A stretch of DNA of 64,000 nucleotides, taken from the NCBI RefSeq assembly GCF_006345805.1, contig NC_043004.1, forward strand, positions 15,810,001-15,874,000, written 5' to 3'. Every line of letters starts with the position of its first letter. The first letter of the stretch is position 1. The notes under the pieces are model-generated. The model had not been told where the DNA came from and did no database searches. It saw only the letters and a program-made list of their open reading frames with translations. A program made the translations under genes and the position numbers. This document shows positions 13,601 to 27,662 of this stretch, one piece after another. The stretch is from Octopus sinensis. Its lineage: Eukaryota.

Positions 13601-16600
13601 GTCTCTCAAAGGTTTTCTTGTTTTGAAGTGTGCGAAGGTATCAGGTATTTTAGTCTCTGAATGTAAAGGAAACAAATCACCTGTAAAGTTTCAAAAGTCA
13701 ATGGAATTTGAGAGCACGACAACAAGCTTAACTCCATCTTATCACATCACTATAGGAATCTGAACTGAAATTTTGCTCTCAACTCTGCTGCAATCCACAC
13801 ATTTAAGTTTAATGAAATAATTATTAATAATACATTAAGAGCCTATGCATTCTATAGCAAGGTATCTCCTATGATTTTATGTGTATAAATGCTCTTGTCC
13901 TTGAGTAACGGAAACTTCGAATAACGATTTAATTTACAACAGTCTAATGAACATTTCAATGCTAATCTACCTACATTAAATCCCAATTACAATATGGTTG
14001 ATGCTAGGGTTGCAGTAAAATTATAAGGTTAACAGTGTCTAGAATACATCTTTCGTAACATTCTGATGGTAATTGTTTTAAGATGTCTTCTTCTAAAATA
14101 ATCAAGACTTTCAAATAGTTGCGACAACGTTACGAAGTGTTAGTATAGGATCATGATTTTGACAATAAATATTATTTTCAACGAAAGATGATTATTTTAA
14201 ATGAGTCTTCAAGTGGGAATACGAGAGAGGAAGTTAATATTGCATACAGCTAATTGAATATTCTATCTTGTAACTATGTTGCTGAATGAAGACTTTTCTG
14301 TGTAAGGAAATAAAACAAATATTAGAACTACCCAAGTGATTGCTGCCAGTTAGGAAATATGAGCAGAATGAAAAAAGGAAAGGACAAAAATAAATTAAAT
14401 ATGGATAAAAAAAAAATCTCAGCGAATATGTTTATGACAGTAGCGAAAAAAGAAACACTTTTGGATGACAGATGACATTGAGGGTAACGGGCATTTAAAA
14501 TAATTATTAACAAAATAAAGTTCTGGTCGGAAATAGAGAATGCATATGATTTGGAAAGCATTGAGAAGTATGTGGATGAAAATGTCTGCAAATGTTTATT
14601 AAAATCACTAACGGAATCCAAGAAATTCACTATAAATAGTCTGCAATAGAAATATTAACGAGACAAAAGTTATTAAAGCGAGGCGTTTTGCAAAGTTCAT
14701 TTTGAAAAGGAGACTAAGAATATAATAACTATATAATGTAATATCAATAACAAGATATCTGCGGCTAAGTTTTGCATCCGTATTAAACCAAATTAACAAG
14801 TTACGTCTCGTATTACTGTCATACAGATATTCAAAATTTACGAAGATTTCGTCAGTGAAACGAATATTATAAGTCAACATTAAAACATATTTAAGGTCCC
14901 ACCATCCACTCATGGATTGAACAATTTAATAGCTATATTTCCCTTAAACCTCATCTTTTGGTGCTGAGAAAATTGACAAATATCGGTGCATGAAATTTAA
15001 AAAAAATACACCTTTAATCAAAATTCCTGTTCCATCAGGGATTATGCGGTTCTAAACACAAGTAATAATAAGACATTATTACAAAAATGTAGTTTGATAG
15101 CTATGTCTCCAGACAGTCGCGACGTAACTCCTTTGCTGCTGTGTAAGTTGATTCAGTAGATGATGTGAAATCCAGCATCTCACATGTTCATGAGAGTATT
15201 CTAGAAATCCCAATGTCCTCTGGTACATAAAATTTTATCGTTAGTTCAATAGAGCTTATTTCCATTGACAAAGAAAAATTAATTTCAGAGCAGCTACAAT
15301 ACTAATCTTAAAAACAACATGCTATCTTCCTGTACTTGACTGTAACTGACAACTAGAACTATCAGCAAATTATACCTCGGTGTTGTAACTTTTATCTGCG
15401 GTGTGTATCTCTGTGTCACAGGAAACTTAATTGATATTGTCTAGACTTGGCATATGGTTTCTGAGTTGAAAAGATATCTACATTTCAGAGAACAGTATAT
15501 CTCTTCACTGCTACTCAATTTTGTGACTGTCACCTTGCAATTTACGAAATAAATTACAAACATAAAACAACAGATGAAGGTTCCGCGTATTATATTCTTT
15601 AATTAAAGTTTTTCGCAACGTAAGTTGGATACTTTTAAATTTCACTATGATTAAATAATCTGTCCATATTGTTTATATACATCAGTATTTCGTTTCTAAG
15701 ATATTTATTATAAACACCAGCATCCCACATAAGTAAATTTTTCATGTAATTTTGTGCGCGTGTGTGTATGTATGTGGTTGTGTAGTTGTATGCGTGTGTG
15801 TGTGCATGCGTTTGTGTGTGTGGTTATGTGTGTATCTTTGTGCGAGCGCTTTTTTCATGGCTTATTGAATTACAGAAGATAAGAAAGATTCTGATTTCAT
15901 ATATTTCGATAAAATGTGGCTGGATCAATAAAACTTATTCAGCTTCAATCCTGTTCTCATTTAAAACTCTGTACACGGGAGAGATGTATCGTAACGAAGT
16001 GAGTAGATAATGGGTATGTTTAGTTAATTAGTTAATGATGAAATAATTGTGATATCTCTGTGTGATTTGAAATCACAGGGTTCAGAATTTCAATGACTTC
16101 ATGTGAGAAAATAAATGAAGATATTAAATAAAATAAACGTAAGATTACCGGAAGCATATTTAATAAAAGCATTCTTGTCCAATGTAAATTATTGTATCGT
16201 TTTACTTTGAAGCAAAATGCAAATGATGATTGTATTTGTTTTTTTTTCAATTATTTGGCTGGCTTTTCTACATAATTTTTCGACTGATGCCGGGTCATAA
16301 TTTTACGAGAATTATAATGCAATGAAATTCAATTTATTGTTAATTGATGCACATAGAACATAGTGATTTAAAAATGTCTATAAAGTATGTATTTTATACA
16401 GGTTTATTTATATAGATATGTTATATACATTAGCACATTTTATGTTTTCTACATGTAACTATATCTAATCATCTATTTATATTTCGATCTTGAATTAACT
16501 AAAGAATTCCTTTAGTTGTATTCTTAAAGCTCGTCGATCATAAACTACGTTATACCTTCTTTCAGAACAAACTGCATTGAAGAAATAAAAAGCATTACAT

Positions 16601-16634
16601 TTCGATTATATATATATAAAACCATCCTCATAAA

Positions 16635-17035
16635 GTGGTGAGCTGGCAGACAGGTAGCAGCCCGGACAAAATAATTAGCGGCATTTCATCCGTATTTACG
16701 ATTTGAGTTTGATTCCACTCAGGCGGAACATGTTTTCCGTCCTTTCAAAGTCGATAAAATAAGTATCAGCTGAATTGCTGAGTCCATGTAATCGACCTAA
16801 CCTCTCTCCCAAAAATACTGGCCTTCTACCCAAATTCGAAACCGTTACAACGCCGGCCAAAGTGCTTAGCGGCAAGATGTTCAGCTGTATTTCGTCCGTC
16901 TTACTTTCTGCGTTCAAATTCCGCCGCTCTCGAATTGTGTTTCATCCTTTCCGAGTCGATAAAATAAGTAACACTTGACCAATTGGGTTGATGTAATGTA
17001 CTTCTCTGTCACTCTACATCGGTGGCGTTATGCGG
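16635..17035 (+). mobile_element. Two adjacent tRNA-derived SINE family B copies
   Basis: Head GGTGAGCTGGCAGA.., TTAGCGG.ATTTC.TCCGT, GTTCAAATTCCGCC and central CATCCTTTCCGAGTCGATAAAATAAGTA each occur twice. Confidence 0.85.
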
Positions 17036-17784
17036 AAATAAAACAAAAATTATTAAAAATCCTCGTTTTATTCTGGAAGAAAATACCAACTCAATATGTA
17101 AAGGTGAAGAGTACTAGTATCACTGAAGCATACGTTCACTGTATCACAGAAATATTTTCTCTTAGTCGATGCTTGCTAGAGTAAAGACATTAAAATTAGA
17201 AGCTATTGCTGAAGAGTCTAGAATGATGTTATTTACATTTAGACGTCATCAAACAAACAAAAAAAAAACTTATCGTTGCGTTCCCATATTCCTTTTGAAG
17301 TCAACTCTTTGAATGTAGATATTTTTTAATTCGAATTTAATCATGCGCAGTAAAGAAATCGAGCAACTCGTTCTTTTTATGCACTTTATAAATAAAAACC
17401 TATTCCCATTACTGTTAAAGAAGATACATCAATATGTCATTGTCCTAAAGCAATCAGGCTTTGATATATAATAATTGTACCGGGAGCTAACGTTGGTGTT
17501 CTTTGACAAAATTAACAGTAATAAAACTCAAAATGTGATGTATGGAGATATCGTTCGCTTTCTTTTATATATATTTAACTTTTTTTTTCAATTTGCTTTC
17601 TTTATTATCTACTTCATTGCCACTTTTAATTGGTGATTTTCAAGTTGAAAACTTCTACTAGAAAGTTATATATCTCGACACACTAACCTAATTCGTATTT
17701 TGTTTCTTTCATAATTATACCTATTTTATTCCCAATCAATATATCATTATTCTATATTACATTTTCTAGTCATATTCCTTACAG

Positions 17785-17935
17785 GAGACTATTATTCTAT
17801 TAAACATTTCACACATTTTCGGGGCAATTTCGATAAATAATACCAATTACCTGACTACCAAATGGTCCAGAGAGAACAATGCATTTAATGTTATAATAAT
17901 TGTTATAAGCAAAGTTGACTACAAGGCAGATGCAG
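17785..17935 (+). CDS. Candidate internal exon (phase 0 to 1), possibly of the class C GPCR-like gene
   Basis: Acceptor cattccttacAG and donor CAG/gttaga. The 151 nt are open (ETIILL...NVIIIVISKVDYKADA) and phase-compatible with 19328-19409. It is AT-rich, so it could be chance. Confidence 0.3.
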
Positions 17936-18419
17936 GTTAGAAGCTGCTTTTCACACCCACACCATACAAATATATGAATTAGAGAGAGAGTGCCTTATCA
18001 GAAACGCAAAATAATCGTAAGAAAATATTTCAGCCCCGGAAAAAATCAATTGTTGATTTTATATACTTTTACATAATTTGTGTAGACTATGACCGAAAGC
18101 ATTAAGTGTTTCCTTCTGTCGGAAGAGGAACATTACCAATACTGTATTATTAATATTTTGTTGCACTTGTGTGTATGTGTCTCTGTGTGCGTGTGCGTCT
18201 CTGTGTGTGTGTATGTTTGTGTGTGTGTGTGTGTGTATGTGTGTAGGTGTGTGATTGAAAATTAGATTCAGACGTAGTTTATAAGGCGCATCTAATTTAT
18301 TTAAATGAAATAGTTTCCGCTGAGATTGCTTTATGACTAATTAACACCTAATTACAACTTGGACAAAGTTTACAGGGAATAAGTCACACGAAGTGGAAGA
18401 ATCCAAAATATGACAAGCA

Positions 18420-19110
18420 CAACAGTACATTAGGATAGGAATTTGGAACATATTTTTGAAGCAGAGAAATATTTCTCAATACAGCGTCGATTGTAGTTTC
18501 CAGGCAAGTGAATATGCAGACGTTCGTTCTTTTCTCTCGCGAGTAGAAATTATTGAGTTTCAACCGAATTCAATGATGAAAAATATGGCATCAAATTTAC
18601 TAAGCACAACCTGCTGGAGCGACTCACACCACCCCAGAACAAACAAATATCTTAGATCATTCATCACAAGCACGTAAAATTGTATTAAGAGGAATAGGCG
18701 TCTCCTATGAATAAAGATATGTCATATGTTATAGGCTCATAGCTTCTCCGGACTGCGTAAGAAGAAAATTACCACAACGGGCTGCTACGAGAAACAACAT
18801 TGACAATTGTGTAACCTTGTAGGTGCTCGCTAGGAACGTGACCAAGGAAGGTTTAACAAGGGGAAGAAATAGAGAGCGCAAATGCCAATCTAGTGACATA
18901 TATAATTTTTTCCTGAGATTATGGGAAATACTGCCACGTGCGCCGAGGTATTTCATTGACACCATATTTATCGATTTATTTAATGACCAGATGGATGTTT
19001 ATGGAGCTATGTATCAGCAATAAACAAGTATGTGCATACACATGGTAGGATGCAGAGCCATGCAGGTATGCATCAGCAACACACATGTTTGGCCGTAAAC
19101 GTGGATTCTT
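18420..19110 (+). mobile_element. Highly decayed LINE apurinic-endonuclease fragment
   Basis: IRIGIWNI (compare LRIGTWNV), ANANLVT (compare ANDLVI.NT) and QQHTCL (compare .QHRL) occur in order across broken frames. Confidence 0.35.
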
Positions 19111-19327
19111 AACTGATCCTATAAACGTAGTTAATATTATAATTTTGAGGTGGATGGCATTGGTGATGTGGCTGTGGGTGTGGAAATGTATCTATATATT
19201 TCATTAGGTGATGTTTTTCACTCACATATTAGATTAGACTGCTACTAGTCTGAAGGTAAAATCGTTGGCAGGTGGCAGATAAGGCTTTACCGAAAGAACA
19301 CCGCTTTGCCCTCACCCCTTATTCCAG

Positions 19328-19409
19328 TTCGACTCAGAAATGCGTTGAGAGCAAGCACATCAAATATACATGCCAAGGCACGTGTTGGAATTTCTGGTTT
19401 TGCTGAGAG
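19328..19409 (+). CDS. Candidate exon (phase 1 to 2), probably upstream of the class C GPCR-like exon
   Basis: Strong acceptor ccctcaccccttattccAG and donor AG/gtatga. It is 82 nt and about 44% GC, with one open frame (RLRNALRASTSNIHAKARVGISGFAE), and is phase-compatible with 23801. Confidence 0.5.
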
Positions 19410-19944
19410 GTATGAAATCCATAGTTACTAATGTGAGGTCATTAAAAAGATGATTATTTTCAAGAGTACACCCCAGAATATATGCATCTATGTCACCCAG
19501 ATGTAAGTAAATCAGAGGGGTAGAACATTTTTTTACCTACACTAACGATTTCTCTAACGGCAATATTGTATAAAAAATTCCTTTTTATGTACGGGAGCCC
19601 GTTGAAAAGAGTAATTTTACGGTTTTCAACGCTATATTGGAAACTCTCTGTGTCTCTCACTCCTCCCTCGCTCACTCTCATCTCTCTCATTCTCTCTCTC
19701 TCTCTTCTCTATCACTCTCTCTCCTCTCACTCTGAGCATATACCGCTGCATCAGATAAAATCTGAGAGACGGCAAATTCCATTGTAGTAAACATGAGCGT
19801 CATTTTGTGAAATTTCCGCGAATAACACAGGGGAATCTTCCCATTTCTGGGAGACTTTTCTTTCGATTTCTTAAAAAATTTCAGTTCTTTACAAACTGAT
19901 TATATAATAGCTTCAAATTCAGGTGCAATGTCAGCAATTCCAGG

Positions 19945-20125
19945 AGAGCAGGGTCAAGACCGATTATATAGACACTTGTGCGCAACTGGTACATATTTTA
20001 TCGACCCCGAAAGGAGGAAAAGCGCAGTCGACCTCGGCAGAATATGAACTCAGAACGCAAAGATGGACGAAATGCTGCATAACTTTTCGCGGGACATGCT
20101 ACCGATTCGACTTCTCGCTGCCCTT
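19945..20125 (-). mobile_element. SINE family B
   Basis: Reverse complement of the family B core (AACTGGTACATATTTTATCGACCCCGAAAGGA..GTCGACCTCGGCAGAAT.TGAACTCAGAAC). Confidence 0.85.
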
Positions 20126-20400
20126 ACACTTATTATACAACAACGCTCTGTATCATCCTACATTACCGTGAATGATGTTCCAAAATTCCTGGTTGTTAAA
20201 ATATGAGTTATTGCTATTATTATTACAGAGGGCATTGCCATTTCCGCATAAACTCTTCAAGCATGAAAGTGCCGTCAGCCGGGCTTACTCGAGATGCGCA
20301 CAGAGCAACAAACATCACTAATTACTAATATGAATATTTCGCTTAATTTGTCTTGCAGTAATATGTGAATGTATGCTTAATCTACAAATCATTATAAGCA

Positions 20401-20435
20401 GAGATACAAGCTTAATATTATTAAGCTTGTATCTC
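20401..20435. repeat. Perfect 17-bp inverted repeat with 1-nt spacer
   Basis: GAGATACAAGCTTAATA-T-TATTAAGCTTGTATCTC. Confidence 0.9.
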
Positions 20436-21349
20436 CTTTAAGCTGTTCAAACATAAATGTAGGAAATTGCCTTCTCTCATTCTCTTTCTCCCTCTCTCTC
20501 TCTCTCCGAAATTATATAGAAAGCCCTCTTAGATGTTTTAATAGATAAACCCTCTAATGACATACTAATCACGAAACATTATTAGAGGCAATTTATAAAA
20601 AAAAAGGGTTAAGTGTGTCACATATTTATTGAGAATGTAACATTTTGAACTAATGATTATAGTAATTATTCGTAGCAGCAATTATAGTCTGCAATAATGA
20701 TTGCATATTGCTAATAGAAAATATAAGATGCCTGACTCTTATAGGTATTACAATAATCAACGAATGAGATTTCATTTTCGGAATATAATATAATTATTAT
20801 CATTATATTAATTAGACGTCTTAAATCCGCAGAATCAAGCTATGTTATACAGAACTGTAATGATTATCTTCCTCACTACAATTACTGGATACAGAAATTG
20901 TCGTGCGTATAATTAAATAATTTGATTCAATAGCTGATTTTCTGTCGGTGAGTCTTACATCTATTAGACATGAACGAGAAATGGAGTTTCAAATAGTAAT
21001 TAGTATTAGAAAATTCGTCTTTAAACCCATTTGTAAATAGTCTATTTACCGAACTATTGAAAATTAATTCCTTTCAAATTTCGCACGTGATATAAGTGAG
21101 CAAATTATACATATCTTACTACAGCCTACAGAAACATCTTAGCAAAGCAGCCGCCATCGTAAAAGCAATGTTTAATGAAGTAAAGATATGTCACTACGAT
21201 TTCAAATGTTGATAATCGGAGATTATTAGTTGGGAAGATAGTATTGCACTTTTCAATTTAACAACCGAAAAGCACATTAAGCAAATAATTATAGTGAATA
21301 GCTTCAGTGATGTTCCCGTAGAGATATAAAGCATTCAAAATCATTAACA

Positions 21350-21600
<251 letters not shown>

Positions 21601-22804
21601 TGATATAACCATACACTTGTAAATATATTAAATATTTTGACTGATAATAGAAATGCCTAATCTATAATTTGAATAACATATGATTTTGTAGAAGCGTTTT
21701 ATTGCTGTGATAACATGTATATTTAATCATGTGACTATTAAAATCTCATGCATGGGATATTGAATCATAAATTTGTAAATATATACTCGTGGTATACACG
21801 AATATATATTTGGAGTGGAGGGTATAATTTTCTGTACTTGTGCAGTTTTTGTATGCGGTTAAATAAATAGATGCATTAAATAAATTTTAATAATGCGGAC
21901 ACATGAAGGCCACGGGTTGGTGTAGATTCTTTACCAATCCTGCAAAATATTCAGCGACATTTTATTGATATTTACGTTGTGAGTTCAAATTTCTCAGAAG
22001 TCTGCTCTGACAGAATAGTTCACGTATGGAAGCTCCATATTTTTGGTTGTAATAGTGATGACGATGACACCAAAAAGGACGATGATGCTGATGATGATGA
22101 TGAAGGCGATTTTATATGTTCGGTTGATTTTGTGACAACCTGGTGGTTATTTAAGCCATTGCAGATGATTAGTTTTTGCTTACGAATGGTTTTTCATTAG
22201 GTTATCACATTTACTATAATGTAGCTGGAGAATATAATATTCATATTTTATCTTTTACTTCTAAATTGTTTCAGTTACTGGACAGCGGTGATGTTCGATG
22301 AACTACCGTGAAGTGCTTAGTCGGACAAATCGATCAAATATTTTTAAGAAAAGTACTTCTTCCCATGACGAAATACTGCACCCCTAAAGCATTTGAACAA
22401 CTCATAGATTAAGTATGTCACATCAATAGAATCTGCTTCAAACTCAAAATACAATTCGTTTTACTTCTGTCGTGATGTTTTACAAAAGCAGATAGGTTTT
22501 ACGCTACTAGCATATACTTCTTTACCAACGATTTGAATTCGTTTCGGGGATGAGTCAAATATACGCAACCAGAAGCTGAATCTACAGTAAAATATTGATA
22601 TTTGTCGCACTCGTTCACCTAGAGGGCGTTTCGTGTCGCCTCGCAGTGATGTATACGGTGCGTTTTAAGAATCTAAGTCTTGAAAGTACGTTCAATCGAC
22701 CAAATATTGCAGCTTAAAACAGTTTAAACAAAACACAAACATTAGGTATGTGACGTCAGTTATAAACACGAACGCACACACACACATATGTATGTGTGTA
22801 TATA

Positions 22805-22852
<48 letters not shown>

Positions 22853-23800
22853 TTATATCCATCTCTATCTCTCTGTCTCTCTGTCTCTCTCTCTCTATAT
22901 ATATATATAAAGTGACAGACTGAGATATAAGATCAAGGCAGTAAATAGACATACCTTTTTCCGGGATATTTTGTACATCTCTTCATCAGAAACGGTGCGA
23001 GAAAATGTTTGAATATTAATTACTGCCTTGTTTTTTTATCACATTCAGTCAATATATAATATATATATATATATATAAATGCATGCTAATACATGACCCA
23101 CTTGGACTCCTAACTCGTATCATTAACGAGCCTGGAGCTTAACCATTTTCTATCCATACCACTTACTTGGCATTTACCCGATAGCTTTTGGATCTTCCTG
23201 ACACGAATACCTTTCATACTCTTGACTATATGTACTGCGTGAATGTGTGTGTGTGTTTATCTATGTATAACGTTTTCCAGCCTGGAGAATACTTCAGTAG
23301 TATATACTTTCAATAAACATTGCAAATGCATCATTGTATGTGTGTATAAACACACATACACACACACACTTCTATATGCATTCATATACTCTCTATACCA
23401 TGTATTGAAAGATATCAACTTGAAATGCTGATTCCATATAAGTGTAAATTGGAAACACAATTTTCGAATTCCGATTTTTAACAAAACACTAACAAGACGA
23501 ATGGAACATGTTTTCATCGATGCCCTACAGTAAATTTGTTGCACGGCTCAAGATAATTGGCAATTACTAGCTAAAATACAACACATTAATTAAATAAGAG
23601 GTCGTTTAATGAGTTTAGAAAGATAATAAATTACTAACATGCAAAATTTATTCGAATACGTTAAGGAGAAGACTCTTAAAAGTTGTTGTGGTTGACCTCT
23701 TGCTTATGGAATGCGTCATTTAGAATGACGTGCCGAACATTACACACTTAATTTACGAGAGAGAAGTATCATGTGATTAATTTCTTATTCTCACTTTCAG

Positions 23801-24144
23801 TCCTGTAACTTCAAACAGGAATTCAACGCCAAAGGCAGAGATGTTGGCGTCCCAATATTTGATTTCTTTGACCTTTGCATTAGAAACCGTGCGCCTTTTA
23901 ATGGAAATCTATAATTTACCGGATATAGAATATAATATTCATGATACGTGCCAAGATGCGACTACGCATCTTGCTTATGACTATGAATATGAGAATGAAT
24001 GCAAAAATATAAGAAATTATAGAAATAAGATCGGAAATTTGCACAGCCAAATTTTATCACGATTAGCTCATTTTACCTATTTCTTACTGAGATATGGAAT
24101 ATCATTTTTTATAGATTTTGAAAGAATTGTTTGTCTACAACGCC
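23801..24144 (+). CDS. Exon encoding the N-terminal Venus-flytrap (ANF-receptor-like) segment of a divergent class C GPCR (mGluR/CaSR/T1R-like)
   Basis: Acceptor ttattctcactttcAG. The frame is open over about 131 codons. LTFALETVRLLMEIYNLPDIEYNIHDTC aligns without gaps to CaSR-type [28 protein letters not shown] (8 of 28 identical, including Y.I.DTC). It is followed by KIG.LHS..L..F..FLL..GISF (compare VIG..SS....F..F..PQVSY). The donor C/gtaaat at 24145 is tentative. Confidence 0.65.
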
Positions 24145-24529
24145 GTAAATGTTCGATAATATTCTATTGTCGCTAAACCCTGTCAAGAATTTCAAATGCC
24201 TAAAAGAATTTTCAGACAAACAGTTTACGCAGAAGACATAATACGTTAGCTTACAAACACATTATAACGGAAAATGTAATATATCTATCAATATAGGTCA
24301 CTGATGGGCATATATAAAGTAAAATTTATCCCAAGTAGTTATCATACCTGAGAATGATTATATGTACATAGAAGACCACTTTATGGGTCACTATATATAT
24401 AACAGAGAAGAAAAGCTAATTAAAATTAATTCATTACAGAAACATTTCTCACAACGTTCAGTGAAGATTATATAACTGCGAGCATGTATGCTTCAATGGT
24501 TTTTTTTTTCTCAAACTCTTGTTTTTTCC

Positions 24530-24977
24530 GTGAAACTATATGTATGTGCGTGAGAATGCGTGTTTGTGTGTGGTGTGTGTGTTTGCGTGTGTGTGTGTGC
24601 ATGTGTGTGTGTGCTTGCGGGTGTAAGAATCTGTTTGCCAGTATCATATCCATCACTATATCTATCTATATCTGTGTCTGTATATATTTGTGTATGTACA
24701 CACACATACATATATGAATGTACGTCTATATAAGTACATGGTGTTAATAGACAGACAAAAATGAATATATTACGTGAAGATTGGGTGGGATTCGGAACAC
24801 GTTCGCTGTGTAGATAGAGATTATATATATATATGTGTAAGCATAGATATTTGTATACTTTTACGCATGTGTGTGTGTGTGTGTATGGGTACGCATGTAT
24901 ATGTGTATCTGCGTGTATGTGTATATGTGTATGTATGTGTGTGTGTATATATGTATATGTATGTATGTATATGTATG

Positions 24978-25028
<51 letters not shown>

Positions 25029-25185
25029 ATGTATATGTGTATGTGTAAGTATTTGTAAGTGTATGCATGCGTGTATATGTATGTATATGTATACGTGTGG
25101 GTGTGTGTATGTGTGTATATATGTATGTATATGTATATGTGTATGTGTAAGTATTTGTAAGTGTATGCATGCGTGTATATGTATG

Positions 25186-25232
<47 letters not shown>

Positions 25233-25610
25233 GTATATATATGTGTGTGTGTATGTGTATATGTGTATATATATATATATATGTGTGTGTATATATATGT
25301 ATGTATGTATTTGTATGTAGGTGTATATGTATGTGTGTATATATATTTGGTGTATATGTATAGACTAGTCTTCTAAGATTGTAGACATGAATCTGTAGGT
25401 ACGCGTACGTATGTGTATATGCGTGTATGTATGTATGTGTGTATATATATATGTATATATATATATATATATATATGTAGATATATGTATGTATATGTAT
25501 GTGTGTGTATATATATATATATATATATGGGTGTGTGTGTATGTATGTGTGTATGTATATATATGTGTGTGTGTGTGTGTGTATATATGTATACATATGT
25601 GTATAGGTAT
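24530..25610. repeat. Compound (TA)/(TG)/(TATG) low-complexity block with an internal duplication of about 105 bp
   Basis: Direct reading. GTAAGTATTTGTAAGTGTATGCATGCGTG occurs twice. It explains the 361-aa low-complexity ORF. Confidence 0.9.
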
Positions 25611-25930
25611 AAGTGAGAATTTCCTTATTTACCTAAAACTCTATTCTTCTATATATTTTTTTATTTTTTATTCTTTTTTATTCTTTTACTTATTCTTCTA
25701 TCTAATTTACCACTGACTCCTTGACCACTCCTCCAAGTATGATTTTTTTGCGCTATGCCTACCCCCAAAATGTCCCCCACCACCACCCCTATAAACCTGC
25801 CTAAATGTATAAATGCCAATACAATTCTTGTTAACTAGCTTCCTGAAGATTTCTCTTGAATGAAACAGTTCTAGTCCTGTAGAAGCTCCTTCTATATAAT
25901 AAATTAATATATATATATATATATATATAT

Positions 25931-26054
25931 ACGAAGGATTTCTTTCAGTATCCGTCTACGAAATCCACTAACAAGTCTATAGTAGAAAACACTTGACCAA
26001 TATGCCATGCAGTGGGACTGAACCCAGAACTCTGTGTAGTTGGGAAGCAAACTT
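25931..26054 (-). mobile_element. SINE family A, 5' part
   Basis: Reverse complement of GTGGTAAGAAGTTTGCTTCCCAAC..GGGTTCAGTCCCACTGCATGG..GACGGATACTGAAAGAA. Confidence 0.8.
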
Positions 26055-26231
26055 CTTACCACAGAGAAACACATCTGAGGAGTAGAGAGACAAACGACAA
26101 CTGATGAAGGGTCGTTCTTTATGTTGCTCGTCCTGTTTTCCATTTCTTTCTGTCCTTGTTTGCGTATTGAAGTGATTTGTTTTCGTATGTCGTTTCGTTT
26201 ACTGTTGTTAACGTCCTGTACCCATATATGC

Positions 26232-26271
<40 letters not shown>

Positions 26272-26333
26272 TATATATTATATATATATATATATAATAT
26301 ATATATACATATGTACATATATACACATACATA

Positions 26334-26403
<70 letters not shown>

Positions 26404-26502
26404 TAATCCAAACATGAAAACACAAAGAGAAATCACAACAACGTGAGGACGTGGAACAAGTATAGTATTATTGGACGCTCAGGAAAGAAGGAAAGAGGGA
26501 GG

Positions 26503-26537
26503 GTTTAACGATTCGAGCGGAGCTCTTCGTCAGAAAC
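26503..26537 (-). ncRNA. Minimal type I hammerhead motif (family H1), one core substitution
   Basis: Minus strand: GTTT-CTGACGA-A-GAGC(TCC)GCTC-GAAT-CG-T-T-AAAC. GAAA has become GAAT. It lies in a (TA)n-flanked repeat at about 26400-26610. Confidence 0.65.
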
Positions 26538-26603
26538 ATAGGAAAAGGAAAGATCCAAAGAAGGGAAGACGGAGGAAAACATTGCCAACGGTACACACGC
26601 GGT

Positions 26604-26651
<48 letters not shown>

Positions 26652-26696
26652 TCCTATATATATAGATACAAAGAGAGAGAAGGGGATAGACAGACC

Positions 26697-26708
26697 GATC
26701 GATCGATC

Positions 26709-26785
<77 letters not shown>

Positions 26786-26800
26786 ATGGATAGATAGATA
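26697..26800. repeat. (GATA)n microsatellite
   Basis: Direct reading. Confidence 0.95.
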
Positions 26801-27427
26801 TAGATGCTCTTTCCCGTCTGACGATCTGACGGACTTGCTGCATCGTTTATTCCACTAAACGTTTCCATAACTGAAACATATAATATGTGTCTCTGTGACA
26901 AGTGTCGTTCAGACATTCAATCCACCTCATACAACGTCCTATTCTGTCTCCTGAAACTTCAGTTTTCCTCTGTATAATTCTGTTTTTACGCCAACCTCAG
27001 TAAAGGTTTATTATACATTTTTAATATTTAACAATCATTATATACAAAACGCAGTCAGATGATATATCTTTCAGTATGGAACTGTTTTTTTCTCTATATT
27101 TACTGTTTTCTTTATATTTTCGTCTAATGTTATTTTCAGTTATTCTGCAGAACCATATTTCTATTTCACAATTGTTCCTTCAGTCTTGTTTGTTAATTAT
27201 GTATCTTTCTTATCAACACCGCTAATTGATATACCATTAATTTTAACAAACTCTAATTTATTCTTTGCAAATCTCATATCTTTAATCATATTCTATAAAT
27301 GTCCCTTCATGACAGACTTTCCGAGATTCATTCTTTTTTAATTGCATTTGAGATTCATCTATTTCTTTCAAAATGGGACTAAGAAATGTTTTCAATTGCC
27401 TGCGTCTGAACAACGCTCTTCATTTTC

Positions 27428-27662
27428 TTATTTCTTTATTGCCCACAAGGGACTAAACATAGAGGTGACAACAAACAAGGACAGACAAACGGATTAAATC
27501 GATTATATCGACCCTAGTGCGTAACTGGTACTTATTTAATCGACCCAGAAAGGATGAAAGGCAAAGTCTACCTCGGCGGAATTTGAACTCAGAACTTAAC
27601 AGCAGACGAAATACCGCTAAGCATTTTGCCCGGCGTGCTAACGATTCTGCCAGCCCGCCGCC
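27428..27662 (-). mobile_element. SINE family B, near full length
   Basis: Reverse complement runs from the head GGCGGGCTGGCAGAATCGTTAGCACGCCGGGC through the core to the tail GTGGGCAATAAAGAAATA. Confidence 0.9.

Noticed and set aside
14328-14913. Two adjacent minus-strand ORFs of about 100 aa
   Set aside because: They are hydrophobic Phe/Ile/Leu-rich translations of T-rich DNA with no recognisable motif or splice support.
22955-22997. Minus-strand GTTT-CTGATGA-AGAGATGT..ATATCCC-GGAAA
   Set aside because: Stem II is partial, and there is no stem III or stem I partner.
24511-25596. 361-aa ORF and the many YI/CV/HT/YLSI-rich ORFs in the track
   Set aside because: They are translations of (TA)/(TG)/(CA)/(GATA) microsatellites, which lack stops in most frames.
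26075-26130. CTGAGGA and CTGATGA boxes
   Set aside because: There is no correctly placed GAAA or closing stems. It may be a PLE remnant but is not a supportable hammerhead.
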